From assembly GCA_964291415.2 (NCBI GenBank), contig OZ219920.1, positions 352,001-416,000 on the forward strand: DNA of 64,000 nt, given 5' to 3'. The notes under the pieces were generated by a model that made no database searches, was not told the DNA's origin, and worked only from the letters and a program-made list of their open reading frames with translations. Positions 50,601 through 59,699 of the stretch are shown here, in pieces (the stretch's first letter is position 1; the number at the start of each line of letters is the position of its first letter). The DNA is from Alphaproteobacteria bacterium. GTDB lineage: Bacteria > Pseudomonadota > Alphaproteobacteria > SP197. A program made the position numbers and the translations under genes.

Positions 50601-51383
50601 CGGGTAGCCGTCGCCGTTGATATCGCTGAAGGTCGGGGTAAAGGACACTTCGAGTGGCGTTGTCAGGCCCGGTTGTTGGACGGCGCGGATCGGCACGATA
50701 TCGGTGATGTCCTCGAATCGCCCCCGGCCGTCGTTGCGCCAGAGATAGTGGAAGGGCGCGTTGAGTCCATCCGAGAGCTTGCCCCATTGGGCAAAGAACA
50801 GGTCCAGATCGCCGTCGCGGTCGAAGTCGCCCGCGGTCATGGAGTAAAGATCGCTCTTGGCGGAGACCGACGGCAAGGGGTCGGGCATCTCCGCGAAGCG
50901 CCCGCTGCCGTCATTGCGGAACGCCTGCGCGCCGTGTCGGTGGATGGACAGGAAGTCCAGCGCGCCGTCGTCGTCGAGATCGACAAAATACCCGGCCCGG
51001 TCCGGCGCCGTCGGGTCGATACCGCCGTTGTCGAAGCGCGCCACGAACTGCCGGCCGTCCCAGGAGAACAGCCGGCCGGGCTCGTCTCCCCCGGTCGCAA
51101 CATAGAGTTCGGGCTTGCGGTCGCCGTCAATATCGACAAGGGCCAGTCCGCCGTCTACCAGCCGGGCGGCAGTCTCCCAGTCGTCGTAGGGTTCGACCGG
51201 ACGCACCACATAGGCCAGACCGACTGTCCCGGTAACGTCGACAAAACGGCCGCCCCGGTCCGCAGCGGCCGCGGACGGCGCCACGTCTGCCGGCGCATCA
51301 GCCATCGCCAGCATGACCACGAGGCAGGCAGACGCGACGAACGCGCGACACAGAGACTGCGGCACTTGAAGCGATGGTGTCAT
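47643..51383 (-). CDS. Secreted FG-GAP/ASPIC-UnbV (CRTAC1-like) protein fused to a vanadium-dependent haloperoxidase (PAP2-superfamily) domain
   Basis: Repeated DxDxDGxxD motifs, GGNYLSQ...LHFGLG...IEIDWP; C-terminal WGIKGWYDYIRP, TPPFAGYVSGHSTFS, SRIWGGIH. Confidence 0.88.
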   Translation of the reverse strand: MTPSLQVPQSLCRAFVASACLVVMLAMADAPADVAPSAAAADRGGRFVDVTGTVGLAYVVRPVEPYDDWETAARLVDGGLALVDIDGDRKPELYVATGGDEPGRLFSWDGRQFVARFDNGGIDPTAPDRAGYFVDLDDDGALDFLSIHRHGAQAFRNDGSGRFAEMPDPLPSVSAKSDLYSMTAGDFDRDGDLDLFFAQWGKLSDGLNAPFHYLWRNDGRGRFEDITDIVPIRAVQQPGLTTPLEVSFTPTFSDINGDGYPDILLAGDFGTGQVLRNEGGRRFVDIRDAVITDENGMGAAVADFDRDGDMDWFVTSIHDPEGRSGEGPTGNRLYRNRGDGRFEDATDAAGVREGGWGWGACFADFDSDGHVDIFHTNGYGVTEPGHYGLAEEYVHRYAGFVDDPSRLFMANGDGTFTELASELGIRHTGQGRGAVCADYDGDGRVDILIANHNAAPTVYRNGLETDNHWLAIDLEGRHANPLAVGARVTVHTDSGRQVQEVRLGGNYLSQGPTTLHFGLGPDPAVREIEIDWPGPGNRVTRIETVQANRRLTVRQPEPAGQLLSVVGGAGTGLHAAGSRVAIEAEAVRGTHSFHRWTGEGGISFDDVNAARTTVTMPHGSARVFPHYLPGPPLADASVSVAQRWIEVLLEAIRDDTARPTVHARNLFHVAGAMYDAWAGWSDEAKPWHFGAGHTPCARPGPPPNSDIRRAREEAMSHAALQILRHRFRRSPGAAQTMANADALMSALGHDPALAAGPAAAFGRCLAEFYIARGLEDGSNESNDYAARFYEPVNPALVPSIPGNITLKDPNRWQPLDLPRYIDQSGHAFDGAAQFVSPEWGQVTPFALSEDDLTVYRRDGAEFHVYHDPGPPPTFNGPLSEHYKWGFVLVSRWSSHLSPDDGVLIDIAPSGMGDLGPLPRRFEDYPDFYDPVPWGPGYRINPATGKPYAPQWVPRGDYTRVLAEYWADGPDSETPPGHWFTILNAVGDHERLARRLGGTGPVLDRLEWDVKAYFVLGGAMHDAAVAAWGIKGWYDYIRPVSALRALADRSRSDGSETPGQPSGGIPLAAGLIERIGSGDLLAGENGEHVGKVKLLAWRGPGHVDRQAAGTAGVGWIRAEDWWPYQRPTFVTPPFAGYVSGHSTFSRAAAEVLTALTGDPFFPGGKSAFPVPADTFLVFESGPSVGMELQWATYRDAADQCSLSRIWGGIHPPADDIPGRLIGEQIGRDAFRLALSLFKGDGAAIRRQ

Positions 51384-51819
51384 GGAATGCCCGGCGCTGG
51401 CGGTATGCGGATGAACCGGCCATCGAAGCGTCGGTCCGGCATGAAGTCCATCGCCTGCGCCTCGTTCCGCACCACCACCTGGCGCGATACGGGCGATTCC
51501 GGCTGGCGACGGGACGACATTGGCGACAACTTCAATCAGTCCCTGTCTCCTGAACACACAATTGCGCTGACTTTGCTGAAGTGCATGGACAACGGTCGGC
51601 CACCATTCAGCATGCGGCGTTGCGACTCAGCGTTGTGACGTTCATGGTCGGCGCGCAGATGTGGTTGAACGCCGTCGTCGCGCCATTCAACAGCGTTCAA
51701 CCGACGGGAGCCTGGCCATTCCGGCGCGGTTCCATGGCAGCCGACGGCGCCGGGACCGTCTCCGGTTACCGCCCTCCCCGCCTGACCAGGACTGTCCATC
51801 CCGTCGATTCTGCGCGTCC

Positions 51820-52177
51820 GTTGCACCGGCCAAGCTCGTCGCATCAACAAACGCCCCTGACTCTCTTGAAAACCGAGCCCTTTCTCATGGCGTAGTCTTG
51901 CCGATGTCACGTCTTGTCGCTTTCGCCGACGATGTCGACTTTTGCGACCACGTTGTCCGCGAATTGGCTGTCCGCCTCGTACGCGGAAGAACAGGTGACG
52001 CCACTTCCGAACATTCTGCCGGTTCACTTGTTGCTCCAACTTCCATCCAGACAGCCTGCTTCACCGAGACCAAGTCCGTTGCTCCCTGTGCACGAGGCAC
52101 GGCCTGCACCGGTCATGGCCAGGACTCCAAAACAACGCGAGGGCGCCAACTGCTCATTTCATGGGTTGCGTTCGCAC
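51820..52177 (-). pseudogene. Pseudogene paralog of the 43618 Cys-rich secreted protein
   Basis: VRTQPMK*AVGALALF/fs/GVLAMTGAGRASCTGSNGLGLGEAGCLDGSWSNK*...NVVAKVDIVGESDKT*H...VRGVC*CDELGRCN aligns end to end with 43618-43992. Confidence 0.85.
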
Positions 52178-52864
52178 ATTTGCTCGCTCTCACATGTCAT
52201 GGCCGGCATGACCTGGGTGGCATCGGAGTCTCTCAATTTCGGCTCAATGTTCTGTGCAAGTCAACGTTAACTCATGAAAATGATCGGAAAAAAATCGGCA
52301 GTAGTTTCGAGGATTTTGCGATGCAGGAATTGACTGCAACTGAAGCAAAATCAGACTACACATTTGTGCAGATCGTCCTGCAAACAACGCTCGTTGCACG
52401 CGGCGACCTGCCCGCGCATCCTGCCTTCCTGGCCGGACCCCGGCATATCGGACACAGGGCGGGGAAACGGGAATGCGAACGCAATCGGGCATGCGGACCG
52501 GGCCCATATCAGGGCGTGGCATTCGTAGGCGCGCCGGCTCGGCCCGCTTTCCCCGGTCCCGTCTCGGTGACCGTTTGGCCTTGCCCCCCGGTCCCGCCTT
52601 GCCTTCAGTCTCCAGCATTTCGCCGCGCCGCCCGGTGAGGTTGCCGCGGGAACGCCGCAGGCCTGCTTCGTCATGGCCGACGCCCAGAGCATGGCCGCCG
52701 GCCCGGGGGTGCAGGCGTGTCCTCTGCCGACGCCGCAAGGGCCCAGGCCAGTCGGAGAACTCCGCGCCCGGTGGAGTCCTTCAGGCGGCGGGGCCCGCCC
52801 GGCCCGTCTCTCTGTCCGGTGTGCCGCGTCGGGGATGGAGCGCAGCGGCCGGTTCGACGTCTTC

Positions 52865-54259
52865 ATGAGGGCGCGGCATGCGGGTCCCTGCGCGCTGTGG
52901 CTTGCACTCGCCTGCCTGGCGGGGCCGGCGGGAGCGCAGACGGGCGGGCCGGAGCGCCTCGACCTCTCGCTGGAGGAGGCGGTGTGGCTGGCACTCACGA
53001 GGAGCCGGTCGGCGATCCAGGCCCGGCTCGAGCGGGAGGAGCAGCAGCTCGCGCTGGAAGGCGCGGAGGAACGATACGATCCGATGGCGGACCTGAGCCT
53101 GGAGACGACCGCCGCAAGCCGGAACGACGAGACGGCGGAATTCTCCATCGGGCCGAGCCTGCGGGTGCCGACCGGCGGTTCCTTCCGACTTTCCATCAAC
53201 AAGCCGCTCGCTGGCGAGCGCGACCGCGGGGCGAGCACGACGCTCACGTTCTCGCAGCCGCTGCTCAGAGACTTCGGGCCGGAACTCGACACCCAGCCGG
53301 TCCGCGAGGCGCGGCTGCAGGAGCGGATCAACCTGCATGCCTTCCGAGACACCGCGGCCGGCATCGTGGACTCGGCCGTCTCCGCCTATCGCGGCGTACT
53401 GCGGGCGCGGCAACAGACGGTCATTGCGCGCGAGGCGCTGGAGCGGGCGCGGCGGCAGCTCGAGACCAACCGCGCCCTGGTCGAGGCGGGCCGCATGGCC
53501 TCGCAGGACCTCGTGCAGTCCGAGGCCGACGTTGCCGACAAGGAATACGCGCTGATCGACGCCGAGAGCGCGCTGGAGACCGCGATGTCACACCTCGTCA
53601 ATACGCTCGACCTTGAAGAAGGGGTGCGAGTCGAGCCGCAGGCGGAGCTGCCCGTACAGCCCGAGCGGCCTGACCTCGTGGAGAGCCTGGAGACGGCCTT
53701 CGCCCGGCGCACGGACTGGCTCAGCGCCAAGATCGGGGTGGATCTGGCGCGCATGGTCCTGCACCGCGCGGAAAACGCGCTCCTGCCGGACCTCAGCCTG
53801 AACGGGCAGGTCGACCATCTGACCGGGACCGACCGCATGCACTGGACGGTCGGGCTGAAGCTGACGGTTCAACTCCACAATGACGAGTCCCGGCGGGCGC
53901 TGACGCGGGCGCGCAACAGCCTCCTGCGGGCAGAGATGGCGCTCGCCGAGCAGCGCCAGTCGATCCGCATCCAGGTGCGCCAGGCGGTGGAGAATGTGGC
54001 GGTGGCGCTGCGCCAGATTGACCTTGCGCGCCAGGCGCGGGAACTGGCCGAGCAGAAACTCGACGTGGAGCGCCGCAAGCTGCAGCAAGGCCTTTCCTCC
54101 GCGTTCCAGCTCGGTCGCTTCGAGGACGACATGGTGGCGGCGCAGAGGCGCGAGCTGGACGCGGTGGCCCGCTACCGGGATTCGCTCGCCGGCCTCGACC
54201 GGTCGCTCGGCACGACGCTGGACCGGTGGGGCATCAATGTGGAGCAGGTCGGACAGTGA
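52865..54259 (+). CDS. TolC-family outer membrane efflux protein
   Basis: Signal peptide, LSLEEAVWLAL, FSQPLLRDFG, LLPDLSL, AEQKLDVERRKLQQGLSS. Confidence 0.88.
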   Translation: MRARHAGPCALWLALACLAGPAGAQTGGPERLDLSLEEAVWLALTRSRSAIQARLEREEQQLALEGAEERYDPMADLSLETTAASRNDETAEFSIGPSLRVPTGGSFRLSINKPLAGERDRGASTTLTFSQPLLRDFGPELDTQPVREARLQERINLHAFRDTAAGIVDSAVSAYRGVLRARQQTVIAREALERARRQLETNRALVEAGRMASQDLVQSEADVADKEYALIDAESALETAMSHLVNTLDLEEGVRVEPQAELPVQPERPDLVESLETAFARRTDWLSAKIGVDLARMVLHRAENALLPDLSLNGQVDHLTGTDRMHWTVGLKLTVQLHNDESRRALTRARNSLLRAEMALAEQRQSIRIQVRQAVENVAVALRQIDLARQARELAEQKLDVERRKLQQGLSSAFQLGRFEDDMVAAQRRELDAVARYRDSLAGLDRSLGTTLDRWGINVEQVGQ

Positions 54260-54333
54260 CCGGGCCAGGCATCCGCCGCGAAAGCCTAGAAGCGGTCGAG
54301 ATCGTGCTGGTTCCGGGGAGTTGAACACGGGCG

Positions 54334-55032
54334 ATGCTGGAACTTGTCGACATCCGCAAGACCTTCCGCCTCGGGCCAGTGGAGGTCGAGGTGCTGAAGG
54401 GCATCGACCTCCGTGTGGAAGCGGGCGATCTCATGTCGATCATGGGGCCTTCGGGCAGCGGCAAGTCCACGCTGATGAACATACTTGGGCTGCTGGGCCG
54501 CCCGACCTCGGGATCCTACCGGCTCAACGGGCGCGATGTCTCGACCATGAACGACCGGGAGCTCTCCGCCTTCCGCAACGAGAACATCGGCTTCGTGTTC
54601 CAGTCCTTCAACTTGCTGGGGCACCTGACGGCGCTGGAGAACGTGTCCCTGCCATTGGTCTATCGGGACTCGGACCGGCGCGGCGCACGTCGCCGGGCGG
54701 TGAACATACTGGAGAAGGTCGGCATGGCGGACCGGCTGGACCACAGGCCGGACCAGCTGTCCGGCGGGCAGAAACAGCGGGTGGCGATCGCGCGGGCGCT
54801 GGTGGGGACGCCGTCCGCCGTGTTGGCGGACGAGCCGACCGGCGCTCTCGATTCCGACACCGCCGAGGAGGTGATGCACCTGCTGATCCGCCTCAACTGC
54901 GAGGAGCGGGTCGCCGTGGTCATCATCACCCATGATCCGGCGGTTTCCCTGCAATGCCGGCGCCGGGCGCTGATCCGCGACGGCTCGCTGCTCGAAGAGG
55001 CTGGCGAAGCACGGGAAACCGGCGCGGCATGA
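54334..55032 (+). CDS. MacB/LolD-type ABC ATP-binding protein
   Basis: GPSGSGKST, GFVFQSFNL, LSGGQKQRVAIARAL, LADEPTGALD. Confidence 0.95.
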   Translation: MLELVDIRKTFRLGPVEVEVLKGIDLRVEAGDLMSIMGPSGSGKSTLMNILGLLGRPTSGSYRLNGRDVSTMNDRELSAFRNENIGFVFQSFNLLGHLTALENVSLPLVYRDSDRRGARRRAVNILEKVGMADRLDHRPDQLSGGQKQRVAIARALVGTPSAVLADEPTGALDSDTAEEVMHLLIRLNCEERVAVVIITHDPAVSLQCRRRALIRDGSLLEEAGEARETGAA

Positions 55033-55185
55033 AGCATGCGATCCAGGCGGCTGCTTTGGCCTCCAGCCCGTACACCCGGCCGGGGGCCTCGATTCCGTCG
55101 CCGTCCCGCAAGGCAATCGAAGCGCCCGCAACCTGAGAGCCGGCGCGAAGTCCGCGCGCCGGCAAGATGAAAGGAAGTTCAGATC

Positions 55186-55935
55186 ATGAAATGCCCTCTC
55201 GTGGCGGCCCTGGTCGCGTTGGCGCTCCTGGCGCCCCTTGCGGCGGTGGCCCACCCCGGTCACGGCGCGAACCCGGACAAGGGCGCAATCGAACGGATTG
55301 TCCGCGACTACCTGCTGAGCAACCCCGAGGTGATCGAGGAGGCCATCGACGTCCTTCGGGTGAAACGCCAGGCGGAAGAGCGCAAACGCGCTGAAGCCGC
55401 CATAGCCCGCAACCTCGAGGCGCTGCGCTCGCATCCGATGTCGCCCGTCTCCGGCAACGCCGCGGGCGACGTCACCGTCGTCGAGTTCTTCGACTATCGC
55501 TGCGGCTTCTGCAAGCGCGCGCTGCCGGCGATGGAGGCGCTGCTGGAGGAGGACGCGAACGTGCGCGTTGTCTGGAAGGAGTTCCCGATCCTCGGCCCCG
55601 TCTCGGAGTTCGCCGCACGCGCAGCCATGGCGGCCGACCGGCAGGGCAAGTACTACCCCTTCCACCTCGCGCTGATGAAGGAGCCGGAGCTCACCGAAGG
55701 CCGTGTGCTGGAGATCGCCGTGAAAGCCGGGCTCGACCCCGAGCGGCTCCGCCAGGACATGGAGGACCCGGCGATCGCGGCCTACCTCGACGAAACCCGC
55801 GCCCTGGCGCAGGAGATCGGAATCACCGGCACGCCGGCGTTCGTGGTCGGCGGTACGCTGGTTCCGGGCGTCATCGATGCCGCCGGCATGAAGGCCCTCG
55901 TCGACGCAGCGCGCACGGCCGGCAATGCGGGATGA
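55186..55935 (+). CDS. DsbA-family thiol-disulfide oxidoreductase
   Basis: Signal peptide, VRDYLLSNPEVI, EFFDYRCGFCK (CxxC), KEFPILG, GITGTPAF (cis-Pro). Confidence 0.92.
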   Translation: MKCPLVAALVALALLAPLAAVAHPGHGANPDKGAIERIVRDYLLSNPEVIEEAIDVLRVKRQAEERKRAEAAIARNLEALRSHPMSPVSGNAAGDVTVVEFFDYRCGFCKRALPAMEALLEEDANVRVVWKEFPILGPVSEFAARAAMAADRQGKYYPFHLALMKEPELTEGRVLEIAVKAGLDPERLRQDMEDPAIAAYLDETRALAQEIGITGTPAFVVGGTLVPGVIDAAGMKALVDAARTAGNAG

Positions 55936-55948
55936 GGGAGCGGCCGAC

Positions 55949-56653
55949 ATGAAAATCGAAACGCGCCAGTCGGGTTCTACCGTGATCGTCGTTCCTTCCG
56001 GGCGGCTGGACGGCATTGGCGCGCCGGACGTTGAAGACCAACTCGTCGCCGCTGCAAAGCGGCACCGGGGCTGCGTGGTGCTGGACTGCCGCGCCATCGT
56101 ATACATCAGCAGCGCGGGGCTCCGCGCGCTGCTCCTCGGCGCAAAGGCCTGCGCGCGGGAAGGCGGCGAACTCACTGTTGCCGCGCTCCAGCCAAACTGC
56201 CGGACGGTCATGGAGGCGAGCGGGCTGCTGTCCGTGCTCCAATACACCGAAACCGTGGAGGCCACGTCCAAGGGAGCCCGCCGCCCGCGTCGAAGGCCAG
56301 TGCGCGACGCCATGGAAGTCGGGGAACGGCGCGAGGCGCATGCGGTCGTCCTCTCGCCGGTCGGCCAGCTGGACAGCGACAGTGCTCCCCTCCTGTTGAA
56401 GAGGATCGGCGACGCCATCGAGAGCGGAGATACGCGCGTGGTGCTGGATTGCGCTGGTGTGAGCTATGTCAACAGTGCCGGCCTGCGCGCCCTGCTGATC
56501 GGCGCCAAGCAATGCCGCAAGGCAGGCGGGAATCTCGTCATCGCCGCGCTTGCGCCGCAGTGCCGTTCGGTCATGGAGATGAGCGGCTTTCTCACGATCA
56601 TCGACTATTGGGAGACCTCCGAAGCCGCCGTCGTCGCGCTCGCCAGCGAATGA
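55949..56653 (+). CDS. Tandem STAS (anti-sigma-factor antagonist) protein
   Basis: Two repeats: GRLD...VVLDC..IVYISSAGLRALL and GQLD...VVLDCAGVSYVNSAGLRALL. Confidence 0.88.
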   Translation: MKIETRQSGSTVIVVPSGRLDGIGAPDVEDQLVAAAKRHRGCVVLDCRAIVYISSAGLRALLLGAKACAREGGELTVAALQPNCRTVMEASGLLSVLQYTETVEATSKGARRPRRRPVRDAMEVGERREAHAVVLSPVGQLDSDSAPLLLKRIGDAIESGDTRVVLDCAGVSYVNSAGLRALLIGAKQCRKAGGNLVIAALAPQCRSVMEMSGFLTIIDYWETSEAAVVALASE

Positions 56654-56806
56654 AGTCGAAACCGTCAACGGCGGCGGATCAGTGTCCTGCACGGAGCGTT
56701 CACGGCGCAAGCATGGCGTGCGCAGACGGCGCAAGGAGGCACCATCACAGGAAAAAGCCCAGCACGACGGCAACCACCAGCCCCGCTCCCGTCGCGATGA
56801 CGCCGT

Positions 56807-57581
56807 GCGAGGTTGCGGTGACGAGCGCCACGGCCGGCCACATCGCCGAGATTGGCTTCACGTGCGGCCAGCGGGTGTCGCAGGGCGAGGTGCTGTTGCG
56901 CCTCGACATGGACGAGACCCGGCTTCTGTACCTGGAAGCGCAGGTCGAGTACGAGAACGCGAAGAAAGCCATCGACGACCTCGACAGGTGGGAGACCGGC
57001 ACGGAGGTCACCGCCGCGCTCCGGTCGTTGAGCAAGGCGCAGTTGGCCATGGAAGGCGTGGCCGCCGACTTGAAGCAATCGGCTTTCCTGCTGGACGAGG
57101 GTCTCGTCCCTGCCTCGCAGCACGAGGACGCCAGGCGCCGTTACGAGAGCCAGCTGCTCGACCTGGAGGCGGCCCGGCAGAACCTCGACGCGGTGCGGGC
57201 CAAGGGCGGAGACGATGCCAGGCGGGTGGCGAACGTGAACCTCGAAAAGGCGCGCAGCCGCCTGAGCGCCGTCGAGGCCGCGCTCGCGCAGGACACCGTC
57301 GTGGCGCCCATCTCCGGCGTGGTCCAGATGCCGGCCACTCCCGAAGGGACGCTTGTTCGCGGCCTGAGTGTGGAAAAGGGCAACGCGCTGCTGACGATCG
57401 CGGACGTCGACCGTCTGGCCGTGTTGGCCCAGATCGACGAGGTCGAGGTGACGGCGATCCGCCCCGGCCAGCCGGTGACCGTGCAGGGCGACGCCTTTCC
57501 CGACCTGGTGCTGCGCGGCGTGGTGCGTCACGTGTCCCAGCAACCTCGCGCCTCCAAGCCGACCGGGGGCGTGCCGCTGTT
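56807..57581 (+). repeat. 775-bp near-identical internal copy of the adaptor gene (45172-45946); truncated pseudogene
   Basis: Colinear at offset 11635 with about nine substitutions seen by eye; lacks PAS, TM and C-terminus. Confidence 0.95.
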
Positions 57582-59358
57582 TACGTTGAACAATCGTACG
57601 GATCGAGGATGGAAGCTGCGGTTCAGGACCCGGGACGACAATGTGGGTCGAAGCCCAACCGCAACAGCAGGTACCGACTATGACGATGTCCATGAAAAGG
57701 CTGGCACTGCTGACAATTGGAGCGAGCTGATCTTTGAGCAGGGAGTAATCACCAAAGTGGTTTCGATCGACACCCATGCCGACGCACAGGGCGACGATGG
57801 CGAGTGGTTCGCAGTCAAGTTTGTCAACCATGAAGACAACGCAGGACGGATCGTGTTCGGGTAAACCGGTTCCGACTGGACCACCCGAGTCAAGATCACC
57901 AACGACGGCCCGATGCCGAAGGCGTGGCTTGCGCGCTTCGGGCGCACGGTGGCCGAGCAGGCCATCGAGGCGGTGGAGGCGCGGTTCGATGCGTGGCGCG
58001 AGGCCGGGTTCACGGGGACGCTTGCGGGCCAGCCGCTCGGCGGCGGCGCCGAGGGCGAGGAGCCGGTACCCGAGGCGGACGCGGCGCGCGGCCTCGGGAC
58101 GCTCTCCGGGTGGCTGCGGGGCGAGACGGACGAAGAGGACGCCAACGGCTTCGTCGAGGGCACGATGGGCCCGGGCGAGCTGCTCGCGAGCTCGTCCTTC
58201 TCGCTGACCCGGGGCACGGCGGAGACGGGCTTCGCTTCCGTGTGGGGCCGGGGCGCGGTGACGCGCTTCGACGGGCGCGACGGCGCGCTCGCGGTCGACG
58301 GCGAGGTGGCGAGCGCGATGGTCGGCGCGGACTTCTCGCGCGATGCGCTGCTGGCCGGGCTGATGCTCTCGCACAGCCGGGGCGAGGGCGGCTACCGCGA
58401 CGGCTCGGGCGGCGGCACGGTGGAGTCGACGCTGACCGCGCTCTTCCCCTACGCGCGCTACGCGCTCACCGAACGGCTGTCGGTGTGGGGGATGATGGGC
58501 TACGGCGAAGGGACGCTGACGCCCGAGGGACAGGCGGCGCTTCGCCTCGACATGGACTTCGCGATGGGTGCGTTCGGGGTGCGCTCGGTGCTGCTCGACG
58601 GCGGCGCGGACGGGGCGACGCTCACAGCGAAGTCGGACGCGTTCGCCGTGCGCACGGGCACCGATGCGGTGTCGGGACCGGACGGGAAGCTCGAGGCGGC
58701 CGAGGCCGATGTGACGCGCGTGCGTCTCGCGCTCGAAGGGTCGCGTCCGCTGCACTTGAGCGAGACGGTGGTGCTGACGCCGAGCCTCGAGCTCGGGGTG
58801 CGCCGCGACGGAGGCGATGCGGAGACCGGCTTCGGGACGGACATCGGGGCGGGGCTCGCGCTGTCGGACCCCGCGCGGGGCCTGAGCGCGGAGATCCGCG
58901 TGCGGGGGCTGCTGACCCACGAGGACGAGGGACTGAGCGAGCGGGGCCTCTCCGGCACGCTCGCCTTCGATCCCGCGCCCGAGTCCGGGCGTGGCTTGAG
59001 CCTGAGCCTCACCCAGACCGTGGGCGCGGAGACCTGGGGCGGCGCGGAGGCGCTGCTCGAGCGCACCACGCTTGCGGGGCTCGGCGCGGAGGAGGACGAC
59101 AGCCTCTCGGCCCGGCGCCTCGATGCGCGCGTCGGCTACGGCTTCGCCGTGTTCGACGATCGCTACACGGCCACGCCCGAGCTTGGGCTCGGTCTCTCCG
59201 ACAGCGGCCGCCAGCTCCTTCTCGGCTGGCGGCTTACCGAGCGCCTCTCCGCGGGGTTCGCCTTCGGTTTCGGTATCAAGGGGACGCTGCGCGAGGCGGC
59301 GAACGACGATGCCCCGCTCGGGACCGGCATCGGGCTGCGGCTCAGCGCGTCCTGGTGA
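57582..59358 (+). pseudogene. Truncated autotransporter: Calx-beta-like passenger fragment, in-frame TAA (57862-57864), intact beta-barrel ORF 57913-59358
   Basis: TATAGTDY...LIFEQGVITKVVSIDTHAD...GEWF.V*...ITNDGPMPKAWLARFGRTVAEQ; VWGRG, LTPSLELGVRRDGGDAETG, terminal W. Confidence 0.75.
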
Positions 59359-59394
59359 GGCGGCGGCGTGGAGGCAGGGACCGGGGACCGCCCT

Positions 59395-59699
59395 GCGGCA
59401 GCTCTGATCGACCGCCTGGTCCATCACTGCCACATCGTCAACATCCGCGGGAACAGCTATCGCATGCGCGATCATCAGAACCTGCTGCAAGCCAGCGCCG
59501 AGCGGCGCCGGAAGAAGGACGGATCATGATCGCCGCCGCCAACAAAGACTTCGGTGCGAGCCGCCCGCTGTGGATAACTGGCCCCCCGCCGCCAGACTCG
59601 TGGCGGTCGCTGCGGCGGGCCAGTTACCCACAGCTCAACCGAGCCACAGTGAGAGATTTTCGATCGGCGAAAGTGTGCAATTTTCAGTCGGCATTGACA
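59395..59699 (+). mobile_element. IS21-family right end: istB C-terminal remnant and terminal repeat
   Basis: ALIDRLVHHCHIVNIRGNSYRMR; end ...GATTTTCGATCGGCGAAAGTGTGCAATTTTCAGTCGGCATTGACA with internal repeats and a CA terminus. Confidence 0.8.
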
